Below are positions 62,196 through 64,000 of a stretch of 64,000 nt of DNA, in pieces. The DNA comes from Lingula anatina. Its lineage: Eukaryota > Animalia > Brachiopoda. The stretch covers positions 43,068,788-43,132,787 of the forward strand of contig CM120640.1 of NCBI GenBank assembly GCA_051362555.1, read 5' to 3'. A program made the position numbers and the translations under genes. The first letter of the stretch is position 1. Every line of letters starts with the position of its first letter. Under the pieces are notes generated by a model. That model saw nothing but the letters and a program-made list of their open reading frames with translations, had not been told where the DNA came from and searched no databases.

Positions 62196-62809
62196 GTGTT
62201 GCCCCTAGGTTTTCTCTTTCGTCAGCATATATGCAACACTGACAACATATTTCAAGGAAAACCAATAGGCCTATTGTCTAGAGAATCACAGGAGTGATCA
62301 GTTTTAGGAAAATACAGGTCAATTCGAAAATCTGCTTGATTGTACCATTTTAAGTTATGTTATTTTGCTTTTTTTTTTTTTTTTTTGCATATTTTGAGAA
62401 CTCTTGTTGATTGCATTTTGTAGAGCTTGTCAAGCACAAGACTGGTGGTGGTGTCCCTTTTTTTTTTTTTTTTTGGGGGGGGGGGGGTTCCATACGAATG
62501 CGCTTACTCCAGCTGTTGGTACAATATCTGGAGGCGGTATCGCTTCTCTGATCCTCTAGTTTATCAAACAATTTTACTCAAAGTTTGTTTTATAAGAAGA
62601 TAAATAACACACCATATTCTTTTCCTCAGGCACTGCACAATTCGTTGAATTATTGAGAAATGAAAAAGCAGTGTTTCATTAAGCTATAAATTATCGCCTT
62701 TGTCTTAATGTAAATGTGAGATTTTACAATAAACGCTGTCCTTGGATTCGGACCTTTGGTTTGTACACGCGTTGGGCGATTTTGGGAACCGGCAATAAGA
62801 AAACATTGC

Positions 62810-63185
62810 ATAGCGGATATAGATGCGGGGGAGTAAAGATGCGGGGCAGTATCGATGCGGGGAAGCAATGATGTGGGCGAGTATCGGTATGGGGAAGTAA
62901 CGGTGCGCCTACATCGGCAATTTTACTGGGGATGTACCGATGTGGGGTCGTATCGATGCGCATAATACAAAAATTTACTAAGGGGGAGTATTGGTGCTAC
63001 CGTAGGTAGATTCTGCTATTGCCAGCTCGATCTTGATTTCATATATAACCCATATCAGCAATACCAGTAAATAGTCTAAAAAGCGACTCCATCACAAGGT
63101 ATATTTAACAAGCTACATGTAGCTTTTACGTTGCTCTGACACTCAGGGTAATATATTGGTGCGGGGGAGTATCGACATGACCCCA
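62810..63185 (+). repeat. Degenerate ~15-bp GATGCGGGGNAGTATC repeats, possibly transposon subterminal repeats
   Basis: GATGCGGGGGAGTAAA, GATGCGGGGCAGTATC, GATGCGGGGAAGCAAT, GATGTGGGCGAGTATC and similar at 62820-62960, plus GGTGCGGGGGAGTATCG at ~63158. Confidence 0.6.
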
Positions 63186-64000
63186 CGCATTTTATGTAAA
63201 CAAAGTACAACTGTTACTTTGCAACAAAATATAACACTTCACATAGTAGTGAACGTCAACAAGTGCATCTGAATTAAGCGAAGGGAGGTTACTCCAAAAT
63301 CATTTCTATACATTTCGGCGCTTACGTAAAACTTAGTGAATGCAAAAAAGACTCACATACAATAATACAAAATTTTCGTCGGAATTGAAATGTTCATTTT
63401 ACATTGTTTGTTTACATCATGTTTTAAATGAGCAAAAAGGTTCATTAGCTTGGTTGTTGGATAAATCCGTAAGCTAACGGTACGGAAAATTTTAGGCTTG
63501 TGTCTGAGAATTTTCATATTTATCATGTTTTAAAGTTTATTCTTCGAAAGTTTCAAGCAGGATAATGGGTTATTTACAGAGTTTCATGGATTTTAATAAC
63601 AGCTACGGATTTTGCAAAATATGGCGCGAAACACACGTCGCGTACTATTTTGTGCAAGTGCGGAGGTTTTTTTTTTTTTTTTTTTGTACTAATCACCGCT
63701 TACGCATTGATATGCCAGATCATTAATATGCCTGACACGAACACCCCAAGTTTCCAGCTTCCTCTTGCCCTAGTTCCGTGAATCGGATTGGGGTCGAATT
63801 TTACCACTCATAAACGATGGCTCTTGTCTCTAAAACGAAGCAAACGCTGATATATCTGACTTAAATTTACCTACAACTGTCTTACTAAATGATATGAAGG
63901 CCGATATCAAGCGTAAAAAAAAATGGCGGTCATTGACCTCTTCCACTTTGCCTATGCATATCCCGGGCCTACACAACATTCAACAAGGCAGCCTGCCTGC

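Overview
AT-rich animal genomic DNA with GT-AG spliced genes; an invertebrate, plausibly a lophotrochozoan such as a mollusc (inference from gene and repeat content). Four protein-coding genes can be rebuilt by hand with consistent splice phases. (1) A 4-exon minus-strand secreted protein (6476-10809, ~648 aa): signal peptide, CBM14-like Cys domain, Mucin2_WxxW domain, a long Gly-Tyr/Pro/Ala/Asp-Lys repeat and a basic tail. (2) A 4-exon RERG/RasL11-12-type Ras GTPase without a CAAX box (18930-24026, +). (3) An intronless WH1-basic-CRIB-like, MESR3-like gene (30355-31530, -). (4) A 7-exon S1 serine protease with an N-terminal six-Cys clip/defensin-like domain (50504-53693, +), flanked by direct repeats of its own 3' flank. 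The right end is a cluster of decayed transposons: Tc1, an RTE LINE split by a nested CR1/L2-group LINE, and a 146-bp satellite. A TTAA-flanked MITE family occurs three times. Most notable are the Tyr-rich candidate structural/adhesive matrix protein and the identical C-terminal Ile-Phe-Gly on both secreted proteins. No CRISPR array, rRNA or convincing tRNA was seen. All homology calls are from motif recognition, not database searches.
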